Source: Eledone cirrhosa | Lineage: Eukaryota | Assembly (NCBI GenBank): GCA_964016885.1 | Contig: OZ024743.1 | Span: forward strand, 245,830,001-245,894,000 | DNA: 64,000 nt | Direction of reading: 5' to 3' | Part shown: piece by piece, positions 51,335 through 63,764 of the stretch | Numbering within the stretch: position 1 is the first letter of the stretch | How the letters are laid out: every line of letters begins with the position of its first letter | Made by a program: the position numbers and the translations under genes | The notes under the pieces: generated by a model | Told to the model about the DNA's origin: nothing | The model's input: the letters and a program-made list of their open reading frames with translations, nothing else | The model's database searches: none

Positions 51335-51590
51335 GGAAAATGTTTAACCCCGACGGTAGAGCTCAAGCCGTTATATATATATACTCATAAAAATATATAA
51401 ACACACTGATGTGTGTGCATGTGTGTGTTAACGCAATCTTTCCTAACTAACGTGAAGAAAAATAGCCAACTGCTGATTCTAGCATTTGTTTATTTCGATA
51501 TCGTTGATATATTATATATATATAGTAAAAATAACGGAGCAAAGGACTCGCGTATAATCCTGTAACACACTCTTCTGTATCTTTCCCCTC

Positions 51591-51622
<32 letters not shown>

Positions 51623-51625
51623 ATA

Positions 51626-52508
51626 CGAGGTGGGTCAGAAAAGTTCCAGGACTGATGTCACAAAAGATTTATTTCAAACCCGAACTTCACACTAACAGTT
51701 TTCTCTTTCAAAGTAATCCCCTGGAGTCTAATGCAATTTTCCATCCTTTTCTGCCACGCTTGCATGCACTCCTGGAAGGATTCTTCCGGGATCCTCCGCA
51801 GTTCCGTCGTCACGGCCTTTTTGATGTCGTCCACGTCTTCAAAACGGGTCCCCTCCGGCTCGTACTCGAAGATCCATGACTCATCACTGGTGATGACTGT
51901 CCCTAGCAAATCTGGTTCGGTTTCAAGACGCTCGAGGATGTCCTGGCACACTTGCATGCGTCGACCCTTCTGGTCATCGTTCAGCAGTTTTGGCACCATC
52001 TTCGCGCAGACTTTCCACGTGTCCAAATCTTCAGTGAGAATCTTCCGATTCATGCCCAGCTCATTTGCCATCAGTCGAACAGTCAGCCGACGATCGCTAC
52101 GCACCATCTGACTGACACGCTCAACGTTGACCTCAGTCCTTGTTGTTGAGGGCCTTCCGCTCCTGGGGTCATCTTCCACGTCCTCGCGTCCTTCTTTAAA
52201 CCTCTTGCACCACTCAAAAACACGTGAGCGTGACATCGTCTCATCTCCATACACTTGCTGCAGCAATCCCAGTGCTTCTGGCGGAGTTTTCAAGTTTGTT
52301 CGTTGCTCTGTGCTCATTGCTTGACGACCTGAAACAGAGGACATGTATATAAAATTATGAAGAAAAAAGTTTGATCGCTGCAGAGAGCTAAGATTACAGT
52401 TACACACTCCAGGGGGATTACTTTGAAGGAGAAAACTCCTAGTGGGAAGTTTGGGTTTGAAATAAATCTTTTGTGACATCAGTCCTGGAACTTTTCTGAC
52501 ACACCTCG
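51626..52508 (-). mobile_element. Internally deleted mariner (Tc1/mariner) element with ~100-bp TIRs and TA TSD
   Basis: HTH region YGDETMSRSRVFEWCKRFKEGREDVEDDPRSGRP, MVPKLL, ITSDESW; catalytic core deleted; ta-cgagg...cctcg-ta. Confidence 0.92.
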
Positions 52509-52514
52509 TATGTA

Positions 52515-52599
<85 letters not shown>

Positions 52600-52603
<4 letters not shown>

Positions 52604-55333
52604 TGGCTGCAAACTCTGCCAAGAGTATTGCAATCGCTTGTCAGATTCAGATGTGAGACGCTCGGATATGGCTTTACAAGCCGACTAGAGACTTGCACTC
52701 CTTCACACACTGACGACAACTATGGATCTCCCTGGCTTGAGGTCCTGCATCAAGTTGCCCGTGAACCCTCACAACACCGTGGAGATCCTAGTTCACTGGT
52801 TCTCTTTGAACTTGGCTGCGACTGTGGATCCTGAGACCAGATTTGCTCAAGCAAATTTTTCCACACTCAGGGCACTTCAATTCAATGGAGACACCGATCG
52901 TTTCGAGAGATACACCAGGGCATTGCTTACGCACATCCCGTTTCCTCTTCTCGTGCTCTATGTGTCTGTCCTCAAAATTATGGACCCCATCATTCACCAT
53001 TCCACGCCAAGTTTCTCTTTCAAGAGCTTCTATCTCCCAGTCAGCCATCATCAAACCAGTTTATTTCAATGAGTCCTTTACACAATCCTTGAATCCGAGC
53101 CTTGGCTTGTGAGGTGGTCTCTTACCTTCACAAAGTTCGCCATACAAGAGTTGTTTTGGGATTCGATCATCCTCCATTCTGCAGAGGTGTCCGGTCCATC
53201 GCAAACGCCGTTGGTGGAGGATATTCTCAATGCTCCGACACTCACTTCTCTCAAGGACCTCAACATCACTCACATGCATCTGCCACTTGATACCGAGTAT
53301 CTGTCTGAGACACTGCTGGTGAAACCGTTCCAGTCTGTGGATATGCCGTTTGTAGGCTACACATGTCTCACATGCATACAGCAAATCTGACAGTACACAT
53401 GCAGCATACACTCTCATCTTGGTCCTCATTGTGATTCCTCGCCTGCACCAAAGACGGTCGCTGAGCCTTTCAAATGACTCACTTGCCTTACTAACACGTA
53501 GACCAACTTCTGCATCCAGAGAACAGGCCACACTCAGAGTACTCCCCAAATACACAAATGTGTCAGCAACCTTCAGCTTTTGACCGTATACGTATATTGA
53601 GGGTTCATTGAAAACTTTATCCGGAGCAGGTTGGTACATGACGAGTCTTCTTCAGACTGATTGTCAGTCCCAAAGCACTGCACGCATTGGAAAAAAAATC
53701 CATAAAGTGTTGTATGTCACTCTGGGAGTGTGCAAAGAGATCACAATCATCTGCATATAAAAATTCTCTGATCAAGGTACTCAGTACCTTAGTGTTGGCA
53801 GTGAGAGGCCTAAGGTTAAACAGCTTACTGGAAGTGCGATATCTGAGATAGATACCGTGTTGACAATCCCTGAAGGTCATGAAGAACACTATTTCGAAAT
53901 ACAAGGCAAACAAAGTTGGTGCAGGTATATCACCCTGCTTGACACCATTTTCAACCGAGATTGGCTCAGACAGTTTACCTCCAACATTCACCCATGCCCG
54001 CATGTCATCGTGGAAGAGTTTCAGAATGTTCACAAACTTTTCAGGACAGCCCAATCTCTCCAAAATAACCCACAAAGCCTTCCGATTAACGGTGTCAAAT
54101 GCCTTGGTCAGATCGACAAAATCTTGGTATAAGTACATGCGTTGCTCAATGTATTTCTCTTGAAGTTGTCTGGCCGAGAAGATCATGTCAACAGTGCCTC
54201 TGCCATTCCTAAAGCTACATTGGGACTCAGGAAGTACCTCAACAGCAATGTGCTGTATCAATCTGTCCAACAAAATCCTGCACAAGATCTTCCCAGCCAC
54301 AGATAGCAACGAGATACCTCTGTAGTTGCCACAGTCATCTTTGGTTCCCTTTCCTTTGTAAAGTACCACCATCAATGTATCTTTCCAGTCCTGTGGCACA
54401 TCTTCTTCATTCCAAACATTCACAAAGAGATCAGTGAGGCGGTTTAAGAAGTTATCACCAGCACACTTGAAAAGCTCGGCACTCAGTCCATCCATTCCAG
54501 GTGACTTGCCGCTGTTTAATTTGGCAATGGCCTTCGCCACCTCATCAAATGAAGGAGGATCAGCCATTGCCAGCTTTGTAGGTTTGGATGGAATCGACCT
54601 GATGAACTGATCATCAATTTCTGATGGTCTGTTGAGAAGCTCATCAAAGCGGTCATGCCACCTGATCAGAATTTCCTTCGGATCTCTGAGCAATTCCTTG
54701 CCGTCCCTGGAACGAAGTGGTGATATTTGTGAACCTGTCGGACCATACACCTCCCCGAGCAGACTGTATAGGAGCTTTGTATCATGTCTATCTGAGGCCT
54801 TCTGGATTCCACCAGCTTTTTGGCTCCACCAGGTATCCCGCACGACCTTCAATGGATGTTGCACATGTGCCTTGATCTGCCTGAAGGTCCGGTCACTCCT
54901 GTCAGAACGTGTCTCACACAACAATGATGTCAGCACTTTTTGTTTCTCTTCAAGCAAGGTCTGGGTCACTGCATCATTTTCATCGAACCAGTATTTATGC
55001 TTTCTATTGGTATGACCCAGAACTCCAGCACTAACATCATAGACGGTTTTCTTCAATGATTCCCAAGTGTTTTCACATTCCATGGACTCAAGGGACTTCG
55101 ACAGCTCAGCTCTGACTTTCTCTGTTTTCAGACGAGCCACGTTTAGTTGTTTTGGAAGTGCAACCTTCTTCGCCCTTACTTTGGGCTTCACAACAATTTG
55201 AAATTTGGCGCGCACCAGACGATGATCAGTCCAACATTCCGTGCCTCGCAATACACGAACCAATGTGATATCCCTGATATCACATTTCCTCGTTAAAACA
55301 AAGTCAATAAGGTGCCACTTCTTGGAACCTGGA
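52600..55333 (-). mobile_element. RTE/BovB-type LINE (5'-truncated, frameshifted) ending in (CA)n
   Basis: APE C-terminus KWHLIDF...TDHRLV; RT NYRGISLL, FVDLTKAFD, GVKQG, LYADD; RWTGHL; C-terminal CPECGK..H zinc finger. Confidence 0.95.
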
Positions 55334-55384
55334 TATATATATATAATTAGAAAGTGAACAACACAAAATATAACTACTTCATTA

Positions 55385-55445
55385 CCAAAGGTTTCTGGAT
55401 CACAGACGATAATAATATACGTCTGGATCGTTCGTCAGACAGAGA
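55385..55445 (-). ncRNA. Degenerate hammerhead-like motif
   Basis: CTGACGA-acgatccagacg...cgtctgtgatcc-a-GAAA-cctttgg-ta; stem I does not clearly pair. Confidence 0.35.
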
Positions 55446-55658
55446 TGATATAGATAAAAGATATGAAATGAGATTTAAAATCTGTTAAAAATTGGAAGTG
55501 AGGCTGGAAAAATAACGGGAAATATACATAAGAAAAGAAGGGTAAGAAAACTAATATATAAAAAAAATATAATATATAAAAATAAAAATATATAGCAATA
55601 TAGAAGAAGACATATGTGTACATACATATACACACACATACACACATTTAGATAAAAG

Positions 55659-55693
<35 letters not shown>

Positions 55694-55700
55694 ACTGCTA

Positions 55701-55756
<56 letters not shown>

Positions 55757-55761
<5 letters not shown>

Positions 55762-56662
55762 AATAATGGAGCTGCGGCGCTGCAAATGGGTTACATATGA
55801 AAAAGTTTGTCCTCATCAGTGGCCATCCAACTGTCGTAGGCATTTCGTCGCATTAAAGGCCATATACCTCAGGTTGGTGCGAGCAACGGCTAAAAAAAAG
55901 TCGTTGGGACACGTAAACAAGTCCCAGATTTCTATGAATATAAATTCGGTGGAATCGTGAACGAGAGAATAAAGACCATCAAACCTGGTTGAAATGTGAG
56001 CAAGGAAGGAATTTCGCACAGGTCTAACGGGAGGAAGAAGGGGTCTGGTCTGCGAATTCGGTAAACATAAGTTCTGTGAAGTCGCAGACGAGAGAGAGAG
56101 AAAAAAAATTCATACCGGCTTGGTCAAGTGCCCGCGAGATTACGGACAGGTCAAACGGGAAGAAAGGGGAGGAGGAGAGGTAGTGACAGAGAGTGAGTGA
56201 GTGAAAGGTGAGGAAGAGACTAACAGAGAGAGACTGCTAGAAAGGGTAAAGACACAAAGAACGAAACAGACTGGTGGCAGTGGAGGAAAAAATATATGTG
56301 TAAATATGATAATAATGGAGCTGCGGCGCTGCAAATGGGTTACATATGAAAAAGTTTGTCATCAGTGGCCATCCAACCGGCGTAGACATTTCGTCGCATT
56401 AAAGGCCATATACCTCAGGTTGATGCGAGCAACGGCTAAAAGAAAGTCGTTGGGACACGTAAATAAGGGGGACGCTAGGGTAAACAAACAAAATGGTTTA
56501 AGCAGCAGAAAGTGATGAAGAAGGAAACAAGTCCCAGATTTCTATGAATATAAATTCGGTGGAATCGTGAACGAGAGAATAAAGACGATCAAACCTGGTT
56601 GAAATGTGAGCAAGGAAGGAATTTCGCACAGGTCTAACGGGAGGAAGAAAGGGTCTGGTCTG

Positions 56663-56663
<1 letters not shown>
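55757..56663. repeat. Tandem direct repeat (55757-56052 and 56305-56663) bounded by (TA)n
   Basis: Both copies start atgataataatggagctgcggcg and end gggtctggtctgc; the first lacks ~68 bp. Confidence 0.85.
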
Positions 56664-56718
<55 letters not shown>

Positions 56719-57592
56719 TAGCAGTGGTACCCGGCGTTGCACGGGATAATATATTTTGCAACGTGGGCCGCCAACAGACCTACTGCATGCCTCGACAATA
56801 TGTAAAGAAAATAAACCGAATACTCTGATGGTTGGATAATCTTTAAGATTTTCCTCGATGAAGCAGGAAAAATGCAGGTTTTCACATAATGCGGGCCCTA
56901 GGCCATAAAAAAGTTGGATTTTCTTTGCTCACGGTATGAAGAAGAGACTGACTAATTTATAGTTACAATTTCAAGGAAATCAGTCTGACGTAACGCCTCA
57001 AAAAACCCTTAAAACCTGAAAAAATGCAGTTTTTCACTTAATGCATATTTACATGTTGTAGGGGATGAAAAAGTTGAATTTTGTATGTGCATAACACTCC
57101 CTGAAACATAAGTAATACACATGTAAAGTTTGAAAAAAGTCGGTTGGGTACTTTTCGAGTTTTAGGGATTCAAACTCACACACACACACATCCTCAGGGA
57201 AGTGACGTAATGCAGACAGTTAGACATACAGACAGATATTATAAGGGCGCGACGTTATATGTATGTATCTATCTAAAAAGAGAAAGACTAAGAATTATAG
57301 AGAGAGATCGCTAAATCGCCTAATGCGGCATTAGGCGATTTAGCGATCAGTGGCTTTCCTGTCGGTCTAGGTGGGCCCCCTAAGCTATAATTCTAAACAC
57401 ATAATTTATTACACATGTAATTACGAATCCTTAACTACAACAACGTAAAGAAAACGCTTAATCTCTAATAAGACCAGAAGTTAAGACCAATCTCTTGTTT
57501 ATTTAAAAAATATAATATTTCGGATAAAATGGCAACTGCATCTAAAAATAAAGTGTAGACAATATTCCGTCGAATAAAAACGTTAAATTTTT

Positions 57593-57775
57593 TTACTTGC
57601 TTTCCCCACATCTTATTTAGTTGAGTCAGGTTTCAGTCAGGTGATGCATCTGCTTTCAAAAAGTCAAAATCGCCTTGATATAGAAAGAAGAGGTGATTTA
57701 CGACTCTCTCTAACGGCTTTCACACCAAACATTGACAAATTAGTAGCCTTGCATCAATCACAGGGATCTCATTAA
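57593..57775 (+). pseudogene. C-terminal fragment of a Buster/Charlie-type hAT transposase
   Basis: LLAFPTSYLVESGFSQVMHLLSKSQNRLDIERRGDLRLSLTAFTPNIDKLVALHQSQGSH*. Confidence 0.8.
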
Positions 57776-58177
57776 AAACCGATTATTATATTCTTTGATT
57801 TGTAAATATAAATAAATGAGTTGATATCTAAATTCTATATTATTCTATTTGTTTGAAATGTTGTAATACATGCTTATGTTATTCTCGATACTCAGGTTTT
57901 TAACCTAATATTTAATTAAAAGTATAATTATGCATGAGTATATACACACAAATATATATATCTATATATTGTGTGTATATATAGAAAAAATATATATAAT
58001 ATTTTTATTTATGTTGTTACTTTTTATCATTAGTCACATTTTAGAACAATTTGGTATTTGCGGCATTTCCTGGATGTTTTGTTTTTCGTCGATTATTTGA
58101 CGTGTTTTACATTCTTCGGTGTTGAATATCAAATCAACCAAATTGCATTATTCCAAGTGTGTCAATATAGTGCTCAT

Positions 58178-58514
58178 TGTGGGTATGGTGTGTAGTGGCC
58201 GGAGGCTGGGCGTGCTAGACCGGAAGCGTGCTCGACCGAAAGGGCGAGCAGATGTGACGTCAGCTTGAGAGGCTCCTTTTTCTTCTACGGCGGTTATCGG
58301 ACTGAGACAGACGTGCGATTTGAGGCTGCGATCGGTGAGCTGGATTGTACACATGTGAAAGAGAGGAAAACCAGCCAACGACTTTGCCAGGACCAGAGAA
58401 ATGCGGTAAGTGAAGTGGCTTTCTAATCACAAGCTATTTCGGCACTTAAAGACTTATAGAAAAGAAAAAAGGAAAAAGGAATAATTTTTTTTAAGACAAA
58501 GCCACTGGAAAACA
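58178..58514 (+). promoter_or_regulatory. TG...CA promoter-like insertion with a 19-bp flanking duplication
   Basis: gtgtcaatatagtgctcat at 58159 and 58515; contains CCGGAAG (58220), TGACGTCA (58255), ctcctttttcttct (58273) and ATGCG|GTAAGT (58401). Confidence 0.5.
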
Positions 58515-58538
58515 GTGTCAATATAGTGCTCATTAACA

Positions 58539-61198
58539 ATGCTGCCTAAAAAAACTTACAAAACTGGAGCAACAAAGAGGAGAGAGGCTAGTTAAGCTGC
58601 CACGGAAGAATCTGCAAAGAAATGTCATCTAATCACAAGTTTTTTGAAAAGTCAACAGTCTTCGTCAAAAAGTAGTGACGCATCCCAAAGCAACGTAACT
58701 GCCGGAATTTCCGGCGAATCGGTCTGGTCAGATGAACTGGAGAAATAGAAAAACACTGGAGAGTCGCGAGAACCTGACGTCGAAGATGCCTCAGGTCCAT
58801 CGACTATCTCAACAACCGTCGTAGTCACTGAAGATGTAGTTCCAACTGGGGATCCGAACTCAATAGAGGGAAAAATGGCTGTATCGGAATCTGAAAATGA
58901 AAATGATTCAGAGGAAACTACATTGGCAAAACAAATCCCAGAGTATGAGCCAGTAGAATGCATGTTGAATTTACAAGAGAAGTATCCAATCGACCCGAAA
59001 CATTTCGAGGGCAGACGATTGACGACTCCTCTAATTCGCGCCCTCATGGCTGTTGGTCCTTGTCAGCGAGGATTGAAAGATAATTTTGCTGATTTCCCTC
59101 TTGACTCGAACCACAGAAAATTCAACATCAGTTGGTACAAGATAAAGTGTGCTGGAATCCATAAAGTTGACCGACACTGGTTAGTATACTCTCCTGAATC
59201 CAACAAACTATATTGCTTTTGTTGTTGGCTGTTTGCTGATAAAAATGCCGAATCTTACTCGAAGACTTGGGGTAATCCAGAGTGTGGGATGGCAAACTTC
59301 AAAAAGGGAATCGAAAAAATTGCCAAGCATGAGAAAAGTGCCATTCACATCAATGCACAAAAGCAATACTTCATGACAAAATATCGTTTGGACGCAGATA
59401 AAACAGTGATCGATAACCTCATCCATGAAGAGAAGAAGCGAATTGAACGAAATCGCCAGATATTGAGGCGATTGCTTGATTGTACGTTATTTCTCGCAAA
59501 ACAAGGCCTGGCCTTCAGAGGTCACAGGGAATATGCTGGACCTGGCGCCAAATCAGAAAATGAAGGAAACTTTATTGAATTGTTGAAATTGATGACCAAG
59601 TATGATACGATCTTGGAAAGCCATTTATTCTCGCCTGGGCGCACTAAAAGACAGCCTATGTACTTAAGTCCAAAATTACAAAACGGATTCATAGAATACC
59701 TGGCAAACGAATGTACTCAACAAATAATCACGGAAGTGAAAGCGGCAAAATACTATTCCACAATAGACATTTCGCATCAGGATCAATGCTCTGTGTCACT
59801 GCGATATGTATCGAAAAGTGGCCACGCACAGGAGCATTTCCTGTCGTTTTGTGAACTAGAATCAGCAGCCGCTGAATCATTTTACGATACGCTTGTGAAA
59901 GTTCTTTTCCAGGATCTATCCTTGGATGCTCAATATGTTAGGGGACAAGCTTACGACGGAGCGTCGAATATGTCCGGCCATATTTCTGGGCTTCAGGCTA
60001 GAGTTAAAGAGGGATGCTCTTCGAAAATTGTTTACGTTAATCGATGCTAGCCAATTGTCAGTGGATGGTAAATTATTTTTTGGTATATTGGAGAGCCTGT
60101 ATGTTTTCTTAACATCAAGCTTGCCAAGGCTGAAAATCCTCGAAGAAGAATAAGAAAAACTATTGACTTCAACGGTATTAACATTAAAAAGACTCTCAGA
60201 TACGCGCTGGTTTAGTCACATTGAGGCTGTAGAGGCTACCATTAACAACTTACCGGCAGTAATAAGTGCACTAGAGAGGATAATAAGTGGGGATGTTCAC
60301 AACACTGCTCCGAAAGTATTAGCCGAGGCCAGAGGTTTGCTAGTTTGAATTCATTTTCATGTTGAAGTTTTTTCAGAATTTTCTTAAAAAGCTGCATTCT
60401 GTTTCACAATATTTACAGAAGGAGGCTATCGACTTATATTCCGCGGACGGCATGATTAAAAATGTAGTAAAAGAAATTGAAGACATCCGCTCAAATGAAT
60501 ATTTTGACCGAACATTATCAGACGCTAAAAATCTCGCCGAGCAATGTCAAGTTGAACCAGAGTTTACAACAGAAAAACGGAAAAGAAAAAAGAAGCGTTT
60601 TCATGACGAAAATGCCAGTGACGAACCCCATGAGACGATACGTCAGCATTTTAAACGGGACGTTTATTTCACTATCTTAGATAGAATCATTAGTAGCTTT
60701 AACGAACGTTTTGCCGACTTGCACGATCTAGTGAAGGATTTTTTCGTGCTTGATACCGGCGCACTTCGACGACGACGACAAATGCAATAGAGATAGAATC
60801 GATAATCTTGTGAAATTCTACGAGGGTGACATCGAAAATGACACTATCTTCGACGAGTATTTATCATTCAAAGAATTTTACAAGGAAGTGTGTTTAGATA
60901 AATCCATATCGAGTTCTGAGATCGTTCCGTTTATGATTTCTAATGACTTAGATAGAGCCTATCCGAACGTGTTTGCCTTATACAAAATGTGTATAACTAT
61001 TCCGGTTAGCTCGGCGCAGGCTGAGCGAACCTTCGGCAGGCTCAAACTGATAAAGAATTATTTGCGTAGAACCATGAGTGAAGAGCGGTTGAATGCTCTG
61101 GCAATGATGTACATAGAGCGAGAACTAGCTGAAAAAAAGACTTCAGCATCGTGATTGAAAAATTTTCTAAAGTAAAACATCGCAAATTAGAATTGTAG
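58539..61198 (+). pseudogene. Disrupted hAT transposase (DUF4371 and hAT dimerization domain)
   Basis: Start MLPKKTYKTGATKRR; WLVYS...LYCFCCWLF; FLAKQGLAFRGH; GNFIELL; RGQAYDGASNMSG; LSDTRW; TIPVSSAQAERTFGRLKLIKNYLR; several stops and frameshifts. Confidence 0.92.
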
Positions 61199-61968
61199 AA
61201 CAAGTGATGTGCTCGAATGTGAAAGTAAAGTTTTAGATGGACGATTTGTTGTACATACAAATTTTTGTTGGTGAATAATCGATTGCAAAACTAGTTTTAT
61301 TGGATGTTTTTTTTTTTTCTGAAGATAGACCACCGTCTTCGCAGTTAATAAAGTTTTCACGGAACATGCTAACTCTGTAATCTATGAGGCTGTCTACTCT
61401 ATTATAAATTATTATCTATTCTATATGCGTGTATGAACTTATTTCCTTGCATCCGATGGAAATGAGCGTATGGAATTGGTGGGCCCCCTTTAGATCGAAT
61501 TTGCCCCCCCCCCCCCCGGCTTTAAAAGCTAGTTACGCCACTGCTAATACCGTCCCTAGGGCATTGAAAATTAGAATTTTTTTTTGCTCAGAACACTCCC
61601 TGAAACATAAGTATTACATGTGTAAAGTTTGAAAACAGTCGGTTGGGTGGTTCTCAAGTTTTAGGGATTCAAACTCACACACACACAGACAGACATCCTC
61701 AGTTTTATATATATAGATATATATATAAATGAAAATAGAGAAATTAATGTAAGCCAACAATAATTCAGACATATAAGTGACTATACCATCAAGATGAAAA
61801 AATGTTTAATGTAAGATGAGGGAAAAGTAATAGAATCTTAATTTAAAACAAGTCAAGAAGAAAAACTTTATCCTCAGACTTTGTGTAAGTTGGGGAAAAA
61901 GCAGTACAATCTTAACTCAAAATAAAATCAATATATATATATATGTATATATATACACACATGCATAT

Positions 61969-62007
<39 letters not shown>

Positions 62008-62520
62008 AACATACATGTACACGGACATACACATATACATACGCATATATATACAGATACACACACACATACACACACATATATAAAAACATATGCTGAC
62101 ATACAGACATATACAAATGCATATACACACTCACATATATCACATACATATATATATATATACATATACATGCATATATACATATATATGTATATATGCA
62201 TGTATGTGTATGTGTATATATATGTATATATGCATGTATGTGTATATATATATGTATATATGGCACAAGCATACATACGCGAACACACACACACATATAT
62301 ACATAGATACGAAATGATACGGAGACGTCACACACAGAGTTATACATGAATACAATCACATACGTAAAACTACAAATAGATATATGTGTCCTATTGAAGT
62401 ATAAGCAGCTTGGAGCATGCAAAAATACAAATGAACACACGCAGATAACCACACACATAAATACATATAACATACGCACGCAACCACATATATATATATA
62501 AATATATATACACACACATT

Positions 62521-62564
<44 letters not shown>

Positions 62565-62637
62565 CATTGCCCATTGTGTACGCTGAGATACAATCGGTCC
62601 TGGCATTAATAAATATGCTGGGACCGTCAACTCATTA

Positions 62638-63060
62638 TTTTGCCTTTCATCCTTACGGGGTCGATAAAATAAAGTACCAGTAATGCACTAGGTAATTGCT
62701 GGCCTTGTGCCAATAGTAGAAACAATTATTATTATCTCCCAACTAATAGATAATTGTTTCTACTTTTGGCACAAGGCCAGCAATTTTCCAGTGTATTACT
62801 GGTACTTTATTTTATCGACCCAGTAAGGATGAAAGGCAAAGTTAACCTCGACGGGATTTGAACTCAGACCATAAAGGGCCGTAACTCTTTGCTGCAAAGC
62901 ATGGCATCCGACCCTCTACCGATACTGCCAATCCACCACCACTCTATAATAGATAATTGTTTCTACTTTTGTCACAAGGCCAGCAATTACCCAGTGCATT
63001 ACTGGTACTTTATTTTATCGACCCCGGAAGGATGAAAGGCAAAGTTAACCTCGGCGGGAT
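62638..63060. mobile_element. Cluster of three SINE family A copies (62638-62730 +, 62750-62940 -, 62953-63060 -)
   Basis: Match to 31858-32050; taatagataattgtttctactttt is duplicated at 62744 and 62947. Confidence 0.85.
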
Positions 63061-63707
63061 GGAATTTAAAGTCCGTTAAAAATTCTTGGCACTACCATTG
63101 TTACTATCGCTTTCCTCTAGTCATGGGACTTGAAGACATGAGCCGAATGCTACCATTCTATTATACATCGATGTGGGACTGCTATTTCTAATAACCATCT
63201 TTTCACTTCTTATTAATTTGTGTGTGAGACACGTTGACTGAGTGGTTTTGACGGGAAAGAAAAGATTGGTTTCCTATTCTCCCGCCATCGCGTAAAGTTT
63301 GTAAATCGGTGGCTGGTCGAGGGACAGAGTTGTATCAGATTCCAGTTGCTAATCACTTTACTGTGTCGGTTGTCACAAACAGTCATATCCAGCATGGGCT
63401 AGGGTTTGGATTCTGTCGATCGATTGGTTATTGATTAGGCGATACCTGCTGATGAAGCCACATACACCGATTATGCATTGTTGCATAATATATGTAGACA
63501 GAGGGTGCAGTGCACCTTACTGCTGCATTAAGTGTGGCCGAAACTCGAGTCCGGGAACTATTATAGGCACCCGTTTTACGTGTGTTGTATTGAAGCGAAT
63601 AACTATGTGTATACTCTGGGAATGTATCCTACATTACCTATTGAGTACGCTGGGTTACAACAGTCTTGGCATTGATAAATATGCTGGGTTCGTCAACTCC
63701 TTATTAT
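63060..63707. mobile_element. PLE-like fragment: minus-strand coding remnant plus an oppositely oriented hammerhead-bearing repeat
   Basis: KVISNWNLIQLCP...F...PIFSF resembles the PLE post-thumb motif; 63631-63707 is repeated at 62564-62640. Confidence 0.5.
63445..63555 (+). ncRNA. Type-I hammerhead motif with an extended stem II
   Basis: cctg-CTGATGA-a-gccacat...gtgtggc-c-GAAA-CTCGAG-TC-cggg; canonical GUC cleavage triplet and palindromic stem III. Confidence 0.72.
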
Positions 63708-63712
63708 GTGTG

Positions 63713-63764
<52 letters not shown>

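Larger units (their letters stand above)
57348..61543 (+). mobile_element. hAT DNA transposon (ZMYM1/THAP12-like transposase)
   Basis: Ends cagtggc...gccactg, each with subterminal gtgggccccct; no matching TSD found. Confidence 0.7.
56718..61717 (-). mobile_element. Non-autonomous Helitron-like termini enclosing the hAT element
   Basis: 3' end a|CTAG with cccggcgttgcacggg hairpin at 56718-56745; 5' TC end at 61717; 57093-57197 is duplicated at 61592-61700, so this could be two copies. Confidence 0.55.

Noticed and set aside
51658-52719. 353-aa transposase fusion gene (SETMAR-like)
   Set aside because: Chance read-through from a LINE 3'UTR via (CA)n into a deleted mariner; no SET domain and no intact catalytic triad.
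58875-61154. Domesticated ZMYM1/THAP12 host gene
   Set aside because: Multiple stops and frameshifts, no introns, TIR-like ends; a decayed hAT.
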